Below, in pieces: positions 10,075 to 19,000 of a stretch of DNA of 64,000 nucleotides. Origin of the DNA: an uncultured Chloroflexia bacterium (lineage in GTDB: Bacteria; Chloroflexota; Limnocylindria; Limnocylindrales; CSP1-4); NCBI GenBank assembly GCA_963763775.1, contig CAVXPZ010000001.1, forward strand, positions 320,001 through 384,000. Direction: 5' to 3'. Numbering within the stretch: the stretch's first letter is position 1; each line of letters starts with the position of its first letter. Both the position numbers and the translations under genes were made by a program. The notes under the pieces are model-generated. The model made no database searches and was not told the DNA's origin. It worked only from the letters and a program-made list of their open reading frames with translations.

Positions 10075-10911
10075 TCAGCTTTCCGCGACGTGGTCGGCCC
10101 AACGGTGGTCCGGCTCATAGCCCAGGACGCGGCGTGCGTGGTCGATCGAGAGCAGCGTCTCTCGGCCGTGGACTTCGCGGGTGATCGGGACGGACGGGAA
10201 GACCTCGGCCATCAGGTCCGCGCTTGGCCGGGTCATGACCGTCTCGGCGGCCGCCACGATGCAGATCTCGGCGCCCGTGACATCGGCGTCCAGCGCGAGT
10301 CGGCAAGCCTTCGCGACATCGCGGCAGTCGACGTATCCCCAGAGATTCCACCTGCGGATCCGCGCGTCGTCCCAATAGGAGGGGAAGGCCGCGTAGTCGT
10401 CGGGCTCCATGATGTTCGAGATCCGCAGGCCCACGAAGGGGATCCCGGTCCGGCGATTGGACTGGACGGCCATCGTCTCGGCCACCAGTTTCGAGAGGGC
10501 ATACGACGACTCGGGTCGCGGCTCGATGGTCTCGTCGATCGGGGCGAACTGCGGCGGCGTGTCGAACGGGAGGCCGAGCACGGTCTCGCTCGAGGCCCAG
10601 ACCACTCGTCGAAGGTCGTGCGCCTCGGCGGCGGCGAACACGTTGTACGTGGACAGCGCGTTGATCCGGAAGGTCTCAGCGTGTGGACGGATGTCCGGAG
10701 CGGGGATCGCCGCGAGGTGGACGACGGCCTCGGCTCGGGCAAGCGCCTCGTACGCCTGGCCGGCGTCGGCGAGATCGGCCACGAGGCACTGCCCATGCGC
10801 CGAACCGTCATGGCGCGTATCCACGTTCAGGACGTCGTGGCCGTGCTCGCGCAGGTCGCGGACGACCCACCGCCCGGCCTTGCCGCTTCCGCCTGTCACG
10901 ACGATCCGCAC
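10075..10911 (-). CDS. NAD-dependent epimerase/dehydratase
   Basis: VTGGSGKAG, VHLAA, WASS, YALSK. Confidence 0.92.
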   Translation of the reverse strand: MRIVVTGGSGKAGRWVVRDLREHGHDVLNVDTRHDGSAHGQCLVADLADAGQAYEALARAEAVVHLAAIPAPDIRPHAETFRINALSTYNVFAAAEAHDLRRVVWASSETVLGLPFDTPPQFAPIDETIEPRPESSYALSKLVAETMAVQSNRRTGIPFVGLRISNIMEPDDYAAFPSYWDDARIRRWNLWGYVDCRDVAKACRLALDADVTGAEICIVAAAETVMTRPSADLMAEVFPSVPITREVHGRETLLSIDHARRVLGYEPDHRWADHVAES

Positions 10912-11017
10912 TGGAGGCCTCCTTGCCCGGGGACGTCATTGTGCGACACGCGGTGCCCTCGGCGCGTCGACGGAAGCCGCGGCGTCGCGGCCGGCGGTCC
11001 ATGGCGACCCGTTCGAG

Positions 11018-11075
11018 CGGGCTACCACGGACCTCCCGATGACGACCTCGCCCCGAACGACTTCACGCAACTCCA
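11018..11075 (+). repeat. Degenerate copy of the dnaE promoter and 5' end (attL-like)
   Basis: CGGGCTACCAcgGACCTCCCGaTGACGACC-TCGCCCCGAACGACTTCACGCAaCTCCA matches 16034-16091 with 3 substitutions and 2 single-base indels. Confidence 0.9.
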
Positions 11076-11197
11076 GTGGTCGATAGCTCCGAGTTTGAGC
11101 GCGGTCTAGCTGCATTTGACGTCGACGCATCAACGCGCTCGTGGCAGGAGCCGACACGACGAGGGAGGTCACCCTGACTGACCGCGAGGTTGCCGTA

Positions 11198-11272
11198 CTC
11201 GCCCTTCCCGCGGGCTGGAGGTTCCAGATCGGCCTCGGCCATGAGGACATCTGGTTCGACAGCGGGCTACTC
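11198..11272 (+). pseudogene. C-terminal fragment resembling Imm33-type immunity proteins
   Basis: LALPAGWRFQIGLGHEDIWFDSGLL resembles the LxLPPGWRF...EDVWFD tail of that family. No matching N-terminus is seen. Confidence 0.45.
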
Positions 11273-11341
11273 GCCCCGGGTGACGTTCTCGCACGCTCGC
11301 GAATGTCGGCGACATTGGCCCGGGTTGCGTCCGTAGCCAGG

Positions 11342-12014
11342 TCAGGGCGACGAGCCCGTGCGGGGATTCGTCGCCGCGAAGATCGAGGCCGAGCCGATGG
11401 TCTCCAGCTCCACGTGTTCGAATGATGCCAAGAGGATCTCGCGGAGCCCCTCCTCGGTGTCATCGAGGTTGTCGAAGCCACCCTGCTTGTTGAAGGTGCC
11501 AAGGAACCTCCGTGCCAGCCACGTGTGGTGACCGGAGGTTCCCGAGGACCGATGCACCGAAGAGCACGCCATCCGGCGCAAGGACCGCGGCCACGTTGGC
11601 GACGGCCATCGCCTTGCGCGTGAGCGGCCCAGGCAGGCAATGGATGACCAGGTGCAGTGCGGCGGATTCGAACGGTCCGCTGACGGGAAGCGGCTTGAGG
11701 ACGTCGGCCTCGACCGCCGTGATGTCCAGCTGCCCCAGGCGCTGGGAGACATGACGGAGCACGTTCGGGTTGGGGTCCAGGATCGTCACCGGGCTGCCAT
11801 CGGGGAGACCGGATCGCTCGAGGAAGTAGCCGGAGCCGGGACCCACATCCAGATGGTGGCTGCGGATGCGCTGCTGGTACCGCTCTAGGAGTCGGGTCGT
11901 CGGGCAGCGCCAGACGAACCTGGCGATGGGGCCGAGGACCAGTGGGTCGTACGCGTTCAGCAGCAGCCGCGTGTAGTCCCTCTGGCCCTTGTAGGCGGGG
12001 TCGTCGCGATCCAT
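11342..12014 (-). CDS. Class I SAM-dependent methyltransferase (frameshift near 11545)
   Basis: YDPLVLG, HLDVGPGSGYFL, LDPNPNVL, HCLPG, VLAPDGVLFGA. The C-terminus FNKQGGFDNLDD lies in ORF 11342..11752. Confidence 0.82.
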
Positions 12015-12165
12015 CGGGCTCGAGCGATCCTCCACCGAGGTGGTTGCCGGTCGCGACTGTCGCGGCAGCCCCGAGGGCAGCCCGGACTGCGGCGTGGGAC
12101 GAGGACGAACATGCTACCACAACGCCGAACCATCCCGCGCCGCTCGTCGAGCCCGGTCGTCAAGG

Positions 12166-12213
12166 CGGCGGATGGTGGACCCACAGGGCAATGAGTTCTG
12201 CTTCGATCTACAG
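12166..12213 (+). pseudogene. VOC/glyoxalase C-terminal remnant
   Basis: RRMVDPQGNEFCF, the typical DPxGNEFC tail, with no upstream domain. Confidence 0.5.
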
Positions 12214-12560
12214 TGTTCCCGAGGGCGTGCGAGTGTCTGGGTCCCGCCTGTACCGAGTCGTGATCTTCATCACCGCCGACATGCGCGTCGTCGGCGGTTC
12301 CCGTGAAGGCGAGGTCGTCGAGGTGATCCTCGGCGCGGGAGATGAGCACGAGTCCGACCCTGCCGTCGCGAGCCCCACTTGGCTCGAGTGTCTTCGGAGT
12401 CTCCGACCCCATGAGGGAGCTGTGGCAGTAACGAGCCTCATCCATCGGGTCCGCGGAGCAGCACGACCAGCATTGCAGTCGAACGGACGACCGAGGTGCT
12501 GACGGCATGGGCACGCGAGAGCGGCTTCGACCTATCAGCCGGCCTGTCCGACGCTCACCG

Positions 12561-13112
12561 ATGATCACCACCGACCGACTCGAGACGCTGCCCAAGCCGC
12601 TGATCGTCACGTTTGCCGCCGACTGCGCCGAGCACGTCCTGGCGATCTTCGAGCAGGGATACCCCGACGACCCGCGGCCACGCGAGGCGATCGCCGCCGC
12701 CCGTGACTGGCTGGAAGGAAGGACCTCGAAGGAGCGTCTCGAGAGCGCCCGTGCAGGTGCCATCAAGGCCAGCGGCAAACCCATGGGCAACCATGCCGTC
12801 ACGGGGGCACCAGGGTGGTTCACCGGCCTCCTGCCGAGCGACACGGAGTCGGCGGCTGACGCCGCGGCAGGTGCCGCCTACACAGCTCTCATGGCCAACG
12901 ATGCTGGCGAGGCGGCCCGCGCCGCGAGCCGCGTCGCCGTGGACGCAGCGATGGCCGCGGTCTTCGCTTGGCGGGAGCAGTCTGGGATGGACTTTGCTGC
13001 CGCGGACGCCTACGCGTCCCCTCTCGAGCGTTCCTGGCAGGCCGACCGCCTGGCGACCCTCGAGGCGGACCATTCGGCTTGGCGCACCGGCGACCTGTCG
13101 AAGGGAGCGTGA
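12561..13112 (+). CDS. Imm5-like putative immunity protein
   Basis: FAADCAEHVLAIFE..YPDDPRPREAIAAARDW signature and ERSWQ tail. Confidence 0.75.
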   Translation: MITTDRLETLPKPLIVTFAADCAEHVLAIFEQGYPDDPRPREAIAAARDWLEGRTSKERLESARAGAIKASGKPMGNHAVTGAPGWFTGLLPSDTESAADAAAGAAYTALMANDAGEAARAASRVAVDAAMAAVFAWREQSGMDFAAADAYASPLERSWQADRLATLEADHSAWRTGDLSKGA

Positions 13113-13871
13113 AGCGAAGGCACGACCGTCGTTGACGCGCCTAGGCGTTGCGCACGGAAGTCCTCACGCCTGCCGACAGGCATTCAAAGGGTTGACCCGA
13201 AGCGCGATGCATCCGATACGGTGGCGGGGACTCCTCGCCGCCCGAGCCGGTCGAGAGGTCATCGGCGATCGTCCGATCGAGCCGGGCGTCGCGGCCGCCA
13301 ACGACGACGAGCCCGCGTACTCCAAGCTGCGGCTGGCCGATGTCCGAGACTGGCCGCCACCTGGTCCGCACGGGCCTCAAGGCGACCGAGGCGAGTGGTC
13401 GTGGTGGGTGGAAGATCGCCAGGTAGGGCGGATCGGCTGCCCGACTCGATGCCGCCCGCGGGGGAGTCACAGTCCACGTAGGGTCGCGCACGTAGCTCGG
13501 GACAGCTGCGCTGGTTCACGTCGACAATCACGACGGAGTGGTCGGCCTGACGGGACGGCATCGGCGCCGGATCATGGTCCGACTGTGCGGGACCGGCGGC
13601 TGATGATCCAGGTCATGGCCCGTCCGGCGGCAGGCACCAGCCCTGGCGTCCTCGCCACACTCCGTTCGCGCTTCCGGCGCACGGTCGGTTGATGACCGGG
13701 AGTGGTGCGGGTTGGTGCTGGACCAGGCCTCGCCGAGTTCAGCCCGCTCAGGACTGCGAGCCCGCTCAGACTCGAGGAGACGGACGCGACGACTAGGCCT
13801 CTGGCGACGCCGAGGGCCGGCGTCCCTCAGCGTCACTGAGACTCGCTCGCTCATCGGACCTCCGAGCCGGT

Positions 13872-14092
13872 GCACCGTATCTCTGCTTCCAGCGCGTTCC
13901 CGAAGCGAAGGCTGTGAAGAATCGGCTCCATCTCGACGTCTCGGTCGAGGAGGTGGACTCGGCTTGTGCCCGCATCGAGGCGCTCGGAGGTCGGCGACGG
14001 GATCACCACGACTTCCACGAGTACGGCTATTCCTGGCGGCGGATGGCGGATTCCGGCATGGGAACGAGTTCTGTCTGATCTTCGAGGCCTGA
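13872..14092 (+). pseudogene. VOC/glyoxalase-family fragment (5' half missing, frameshifted)
   Basis: LCFQRVPEAKAVKNRLHLDV...RIEALGG...WRRMAD, then GNEFCLIFEA* in a shifted frame. Confidence 0.7.
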
Positions 14093-14530
14093 GTCGTTTG
14101 TCGGGCTCGCCCACACCGGACCTTTCGAGTCGCAGGATCTCGCTCCGACGTGACGCAGCTCCGCGGCGGATTCCGATGGCTGACCGAGTTGCGCTGCAGG
14201 GACGCGTCGGGAGACAGCCCATCGTGACCGATCGGGACCGCGGCAGTCCAGGATCGACCTGCCGCCGGGCCAGCTATCATCCTCGACCCATGAGTGGCGA
14301 CACCCACATCGAGCCCGTCGTGACCCAGCTCCAGGTTCCGCCTGGAATGCTCGGGCCGGATCCGGTGACCTCGATCGGTCGAGTGTTCCTTGGGGCGGCA
14401 ACATCGCACCCGACGCCCGCCAGCTCGTCCCATGACCTTGGTTCCGTTGCGCGATCCATCGATCATGGCGACGATCGCATGAGTTCATCGAAGGCTGCGA
14501 TGCCGTCGGTCCGTACCTCAAGCCGAACTG

Positions 14531-14979
14531 ATGCCCAAGCACCCATCTGCCCGGCAGCTCGCCTTCGCCGCGGCTCTACGACCGATCGAGCCTGTTGTCG
14601 GTCGGCTCTCCGAGTCGGACGTGGTCGCACGCCTCGCCGCGGCTCTCCCGCCGGCCGAGGAGCGGGTCTATGCGGGCAGAGCGGGCGACGGTCTCGACCG
14701 CGACCTCAACAGCGCCATGTATCCGACGCGATGGCGGGGCTTGCTCGCAGCTGAGCACGCCGGCGCGGCCCGTCGATCGATACCTGCGCTCCGCCTGGAG
14801 CGCTGTGGGGTTGGGAGGTCGGTGACCTGACGTGGGCAGCGGCGCTCGACGCACTCGACGTTGCGATGCACGCAGCCGTTCTCGACGTAGAAGGCCTGCC
14901 GGTCACATCGGCGATGAAGGCCGCTCACCGTTTGGTGCTGGAGATCGCCGGTTCGTCGCTTGGAGCCGCCGGGTCCTGA
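14531..14979 (+). pseudogene. Hypothetical gene, probably frameshifted
   Basis: MPKHPSARQLAF...SAMYPTRWRGLLAA. A protein-like continuation DLTWAAALDALDVAMHAAVL...GS* lies in another frame. Confidence 0.35.
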
Positions 14980-15074
14980 ATTGTTGTCGCACCGCCGGTG
15001 CGTCGGGGCTCGTTCGACATAGCCACTTGGTCAGGCTTGCGGCCGTCGTGGAAGCCGACGAGAGTGAGCCCGAG

Positions 15075-15407
15075 ATGGAGCGCACCACATTTCACGTGAT
15101 CGGACCGACGCCGGCGTTCCTGCAGGGGCCACGACCGGACGGTGTCCGAACCTGGACCTGGGCCAACGAGATCACCCTCGAGCCCGGCACACGCCTGGGC
15201 TACCTCCGGGCCGGCGGGTACGCCGACCCCTGTTCCAGCATCTACATGGACTGGGACGAGTTCACCGTGCTCGCGGGTCCTTGGGCCGGTCGCGAGGTCT
15301 TGGTCGTGGACGCCGGAACGGTCCGCGACGAAAGGGGTTCGGCCACCCACGACGGTCCGAGACCCCGTCTCGGTCCGCCACCGACGATCGAGGCCGAGAT
15401 TCCGTGA
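15075..15407 (+). CDS. Hypothetical protein (paralog of the next gene)
   Basis: GC3-rich codons. Motifs VIG..LEPGTRL..FTVLAGPWAGR are shared with 15484..15978. Confidence 0.6.
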   Translation: MERTTFHVIGPTPAFLQGPRPDGVRTWTWANEITLEPGTRLGYLRAGGYADPCSSIYMDWDEFTVLAGPWAGREVLVVDAGTVRDERGSATHDGPRPRLGPPPTIEAEIP

Positions 15408-15483
15408 CCCGCCGCGTGGCATTGGGCGGTCATCCCGTGACACAGCTGTCGTGAGGAGCCGAGGGCAGTCGCGACCCCGGGGC

Positions 15484-15978
15484 ATGACCCCGGGCGCGGT
15501 CGTGCTCGACCGACTTCTCGGGCGACCTGACTCACCGAGACTCGATCTGGACCTCGCTGACCCGTGTGTGCTCGAGATCCCGTGCGGCCACGTCCACCAG
15601 GAAGAGGTCAACGCGAGGGTCGGGTGGTTCGGCGACGACGTCGACCCGTTGCCGCGGCTCTGGGAGGTGATCGGCGATGTGTGGGCCCAGGAGGCGACCG
15701 CGACCGGCGTCTACCGCGGGCACGTCGGAGCGCTGCCAGCCGGAACGCCGCTACGCCTCGACGCGTCCACCCTCTGGATCGTGCCGACCTCGTACATCCA
15801 CCACGTCGGGCGCGAGTACGATGCCGGGCACCGGTTCTTCGTCCTGGGCGGCGCGTTCGTCGGGCGCTGCTTCTATCTCTACGAGGTCGACGACGGGAGG
15901 GGTGCGAGGCCGGATGGGATCCGGCCGCTCGAGGTCAGCCGGCGGCCGACCGACGCCCCGACTGACTCATTCCCTTGA
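15484..15978 (+). CDS. Hypothetical protein
   Basis: GC3-rich codons; VIG..LPAGTPL..FFVLGGAFVGR. Confidence 0.6.
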   Translation: MTPGAVVLDRLLGRPDSPRLDLDLADPCVLEIPCGHVHQEEVNARVGWFGDDVDPLPRLWEVIGDVWAQEATATGVYRGHVGALPAGTPLRLDASTLWIVPTSYIHHVGREYDAGHRFFVLGGAFVGRCFYLYEVDDGRGARPDGIRPLEVSRRPTDAPTDSFP

Positions 15979-16033
15979 CGTGGCGCTCGATTCGGGTCCG
16001 TCCAGTCGGTGACCCGCCCCGGGACCGGCGTCA

Positions 16034-16091
16034 CGGGCTACCATTGACCTCCCGTGACGACCCTCGCCCCGAACGACTTCACGCACCTCCA
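16034..16091 (+). repeat. Intact copy of the direct repeat (dnaE -10 element and first codons; attR-like)
   Basis: Contains TACCAT at 16039-16044 and the GTG start at 16054. Near-identical to 11018-11075. Confidence 0.9.
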
Positions 16092-19000
16092 TGTCCACTC
16101 GGAGTTCAGCCTGCTCGACGGGCTCGGGCGGATCACGGAGCTGGTCGACGCGGCGGCGCAGCAGGGCATGGATTCGCTCGCGTTGACCGACCACGGCGCC
16201 CTCTATGGCGCCGTCGCGTTCTACCAGGCCGCGAAGAACCAGGGCATCAAGCCGATCATCGGGATCGAGACGTATGTCGCCCGCCGCTCGATGCTCGACA
16301 AGGAAGGCAAGGCCGATAGCCAGCCGTTCCACCTGATCCTGCTCGCCCAGGACTGGGTGGGCTACCAGAACCTCTGCCGGCTCGCCACGGACGCCCATCT
16401 CGACGGCTACTACTACAAGCCGCGCATCGACCGTGAGCATCTCGCCAAGCACAGCAAGGGCCTCATCGGTCTCTCCGCCTGCCTTGGCGGCGAGGTCGCG
16501 AAGGCGCTCGAGGTCGACGACTGGGAGCTGGCCCGCAAGGTGGCCGGCGAGTACGGCGACATCTTCGGCAAGGACCGGTTCTTCCTCGAGCTCCAGGACC
16601 ACGGGCTCGCGGAGCAGCGGCGACTGAACGAGCAGTTGCACCGCCTGGCCCCGGAGACCGGCCTGCCGCTGGTCGTCACCAACGACCTCCACTACGTCCG
16701 CCGCGACCAGGCCGAGGCCCAGGACGTCCTCCTCTGTATCGGCACGGGCAACAACCTCGACACGCCGAACCGGCTCCGGTTCGAATCGCCCGAGTTCTAT
16801 GTGAAGTCCGCGGCCGAGATGGCGGCGCTCTTCCCGGACGACCTCGACGCGATCCGCAACACCCGACGCATCGCCGAGATGACCGACATCTCGCTGCCGC
16901 TCGGGCAACTCCGGATCCCGCACTTCCCGGTGCCCGATGGCGAGACGGTCGAGAGCTGGCTCCGCAAGGAGTGCGAGGCCGGGCTGCGACGCCGCTACGG
17001 CGAGATCACGCCGGCCCTCCAGGAGCGCCTGGACTACGAGCTCGGCGTCATCCTCTCGATGGGGTATGCCGGCTACTTCCTGATCGTCGCGGACTTCATC
17101 CGGTTCGCCCGCGAGCAGGGCATCCAGACGACCTGCCGCGGCAGCGCGCCGGGCTCGATCGTCACGTACACCCTGGGTATCACGCCGGTCGATCCGATCC
17201 TCTACCAGCTCCCGTTCGAGCGGTTCCTCAACCCGGACCGCGTGACGATGCCCGACATCGACGTGGACTTCGAGGACGGCCGCCGCGACGAGGTCATCGC
17301 CTACGTCGGGCGCAAGTACGGCCAGGACCATGTGGCCCAGATCATCACGTTCGGCACGATGCTCGCGCGGGCGGCGATCCGCGACGTCGGCCGGGTGCTG
17401 GGCAACTCCTACGGCGAGGTCGACCGCATCGCGAAGGCGATCCCGAACCAGCTGGGGATCTCGCTCGACGAGGCCCTCAAGATCGCGCCGGCGCTCCGAG
17501 AGCAGGTCGACGCCGACCCGGGAGTCAAGCGGATCATCGACTTCGCCCGCCACCTCGAGGGCGTCGCCCGGAACGCGTCCACGCACGCGGCCGGCGTCGT
17601 CATCAGCCGCGAGCCGCTGACCGAGCTCATGCCGCTCCAGCGGGCGACGAACTCGGACGGGCTGATGACCCAGTACGAGATGCACGCGATCGAGGCGCTG
17701 GGCCTGCTCAAGTTCGACTTCCTCGGCCTCTCGAACCTGACGATCCTGCGGCAGGCCGTGGATACGGTCCGCGCCGAGCGCGGCGTCGAGATCGACCTCG
17801 ACACGATCCCCCTCGACGACGCCCGCACGTTCGAGCTGCTCGCCTCGGGCGAGACGACCGGCATCTTCCAGCTCGAGTCCGCGGGGATGCGCCGGTACAT
17901 CCGCGAGCTGCGCCCGACGTCGGTCTACGACCTGGCCGCGATGGTCGCGCTCTATCGCCCGGGACCGATGGACAACATCCCGGCCTACATCCGGCGCAAG
18001 CACGGCCAGGAGCCGGTCACGTACCTGCACCCGCTGCTCGAGCCGTACCTGGAGAAGACCTACGGGATCTTCGTGTACCAGGAGGACATCATGTCCGCGG
18101 CCGTGGCCCTCGGCGGGTTCAGCGGCCCCGAGGCCGACACGCTCGGCTACGCGATCCGCAAGAAGAAGTCCGCGGTCCTGCGCGCCCAGAAGGAGAAGTT
18201 CGTCACGCAGGCGGCCGAGCGCGGGGTCGCCGCCAAGACCATCGATGACGTCTTCGCCGCCTTCGAGCCCTTCGAGCGCTACGGGTTCAACAAGGCGCAC
18301 GCCACCTGCTACGGGCTCATCGCCTACCAGACGGCCTACCTCAAGGCCAACTACACGGTCGAGTACATGACCGCGGTCCTGACGGCGTTCCGCTCGAACG
18401 AGGAGAAGGTCGCGGCGGCCGTGGCCGAGTGCCGCCGGATGGCGATCGAGGTCCTCCCGCCCGACGTCCACCGGAGCCATCTCGAGTTCACGGTCGAAGG
18501 CCCGGCGATCCGGTTCGGCCTGCTGGCCGTCAAGAACGTCGGCCAGGGCGCGATCGAGTCGATCATCGCGGCGCGCGACGACGGTGGCACCTTCCGGTCC
18601 CTCACCGACTTCTGCACCCGGATCGACCTCCGCCTGTGCAACCGAAAGGTCCTCGAGGCGCTCATCAAGGTGGGGGCCCTGGGCGATCTGGGGCACCCGG
18701 CGCAGCTCCTCCTTGGTCTCGACGACGCCATCGCGTCCGCCCAGGCGACCCAGCGCGACCGGGTGTCGGGCCAGACCTCCCTCTTCGATCTCGGCGCGGC
18801 GGACGCGGAGGTCTTCGAGCGGCCGCTCCCCGCCGCGACCGAGGTCCCGATGCGCGAGCGACTCCGGTGGGAGAAGGAGCTGCTCGGGCTGTACCTCTCG
18901 GAGCACCCGATGGGCGAGGTCGCCGAACAGGTCGGGCGCTTCGTGAATGCGTACTCGGGCGATCTGCGGGACGAGTCGCTCGACGGCCAGCGGGTCGTCG

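Larger units (their letters stand above)
11076..16033. mobile_element. Putative integrated or decayed island at the dnaE 5' end (no integrase recognised)
   Basis: Flanked by the 58-bp imperfect direct repeat. Patchy coding density, more A/T-containing codons than the flanks (by eye), orphan genes and gene fragments. Confidence 0.6.

Noticed and set aside
13741-13769. AGCCCGCTCAG tandem repeat (and GGCAGCCC twice at ~12064-12083) as a CRISPR or iteron array
   Set aside because: Only two short copies each, no spacer periodicity and no cas genes.
14101-14816. LRLERSGVG (minus strand, ~14110-14136) versus LRLERCGVG (plus strand, ~14790-14816) as tyrosine-recombinase remnants
   Set aside because: Short, made of common GC-rich residues, probably not in the true coding frame, and no other integrase motif (HxxR, catalytic Tyr) is found.
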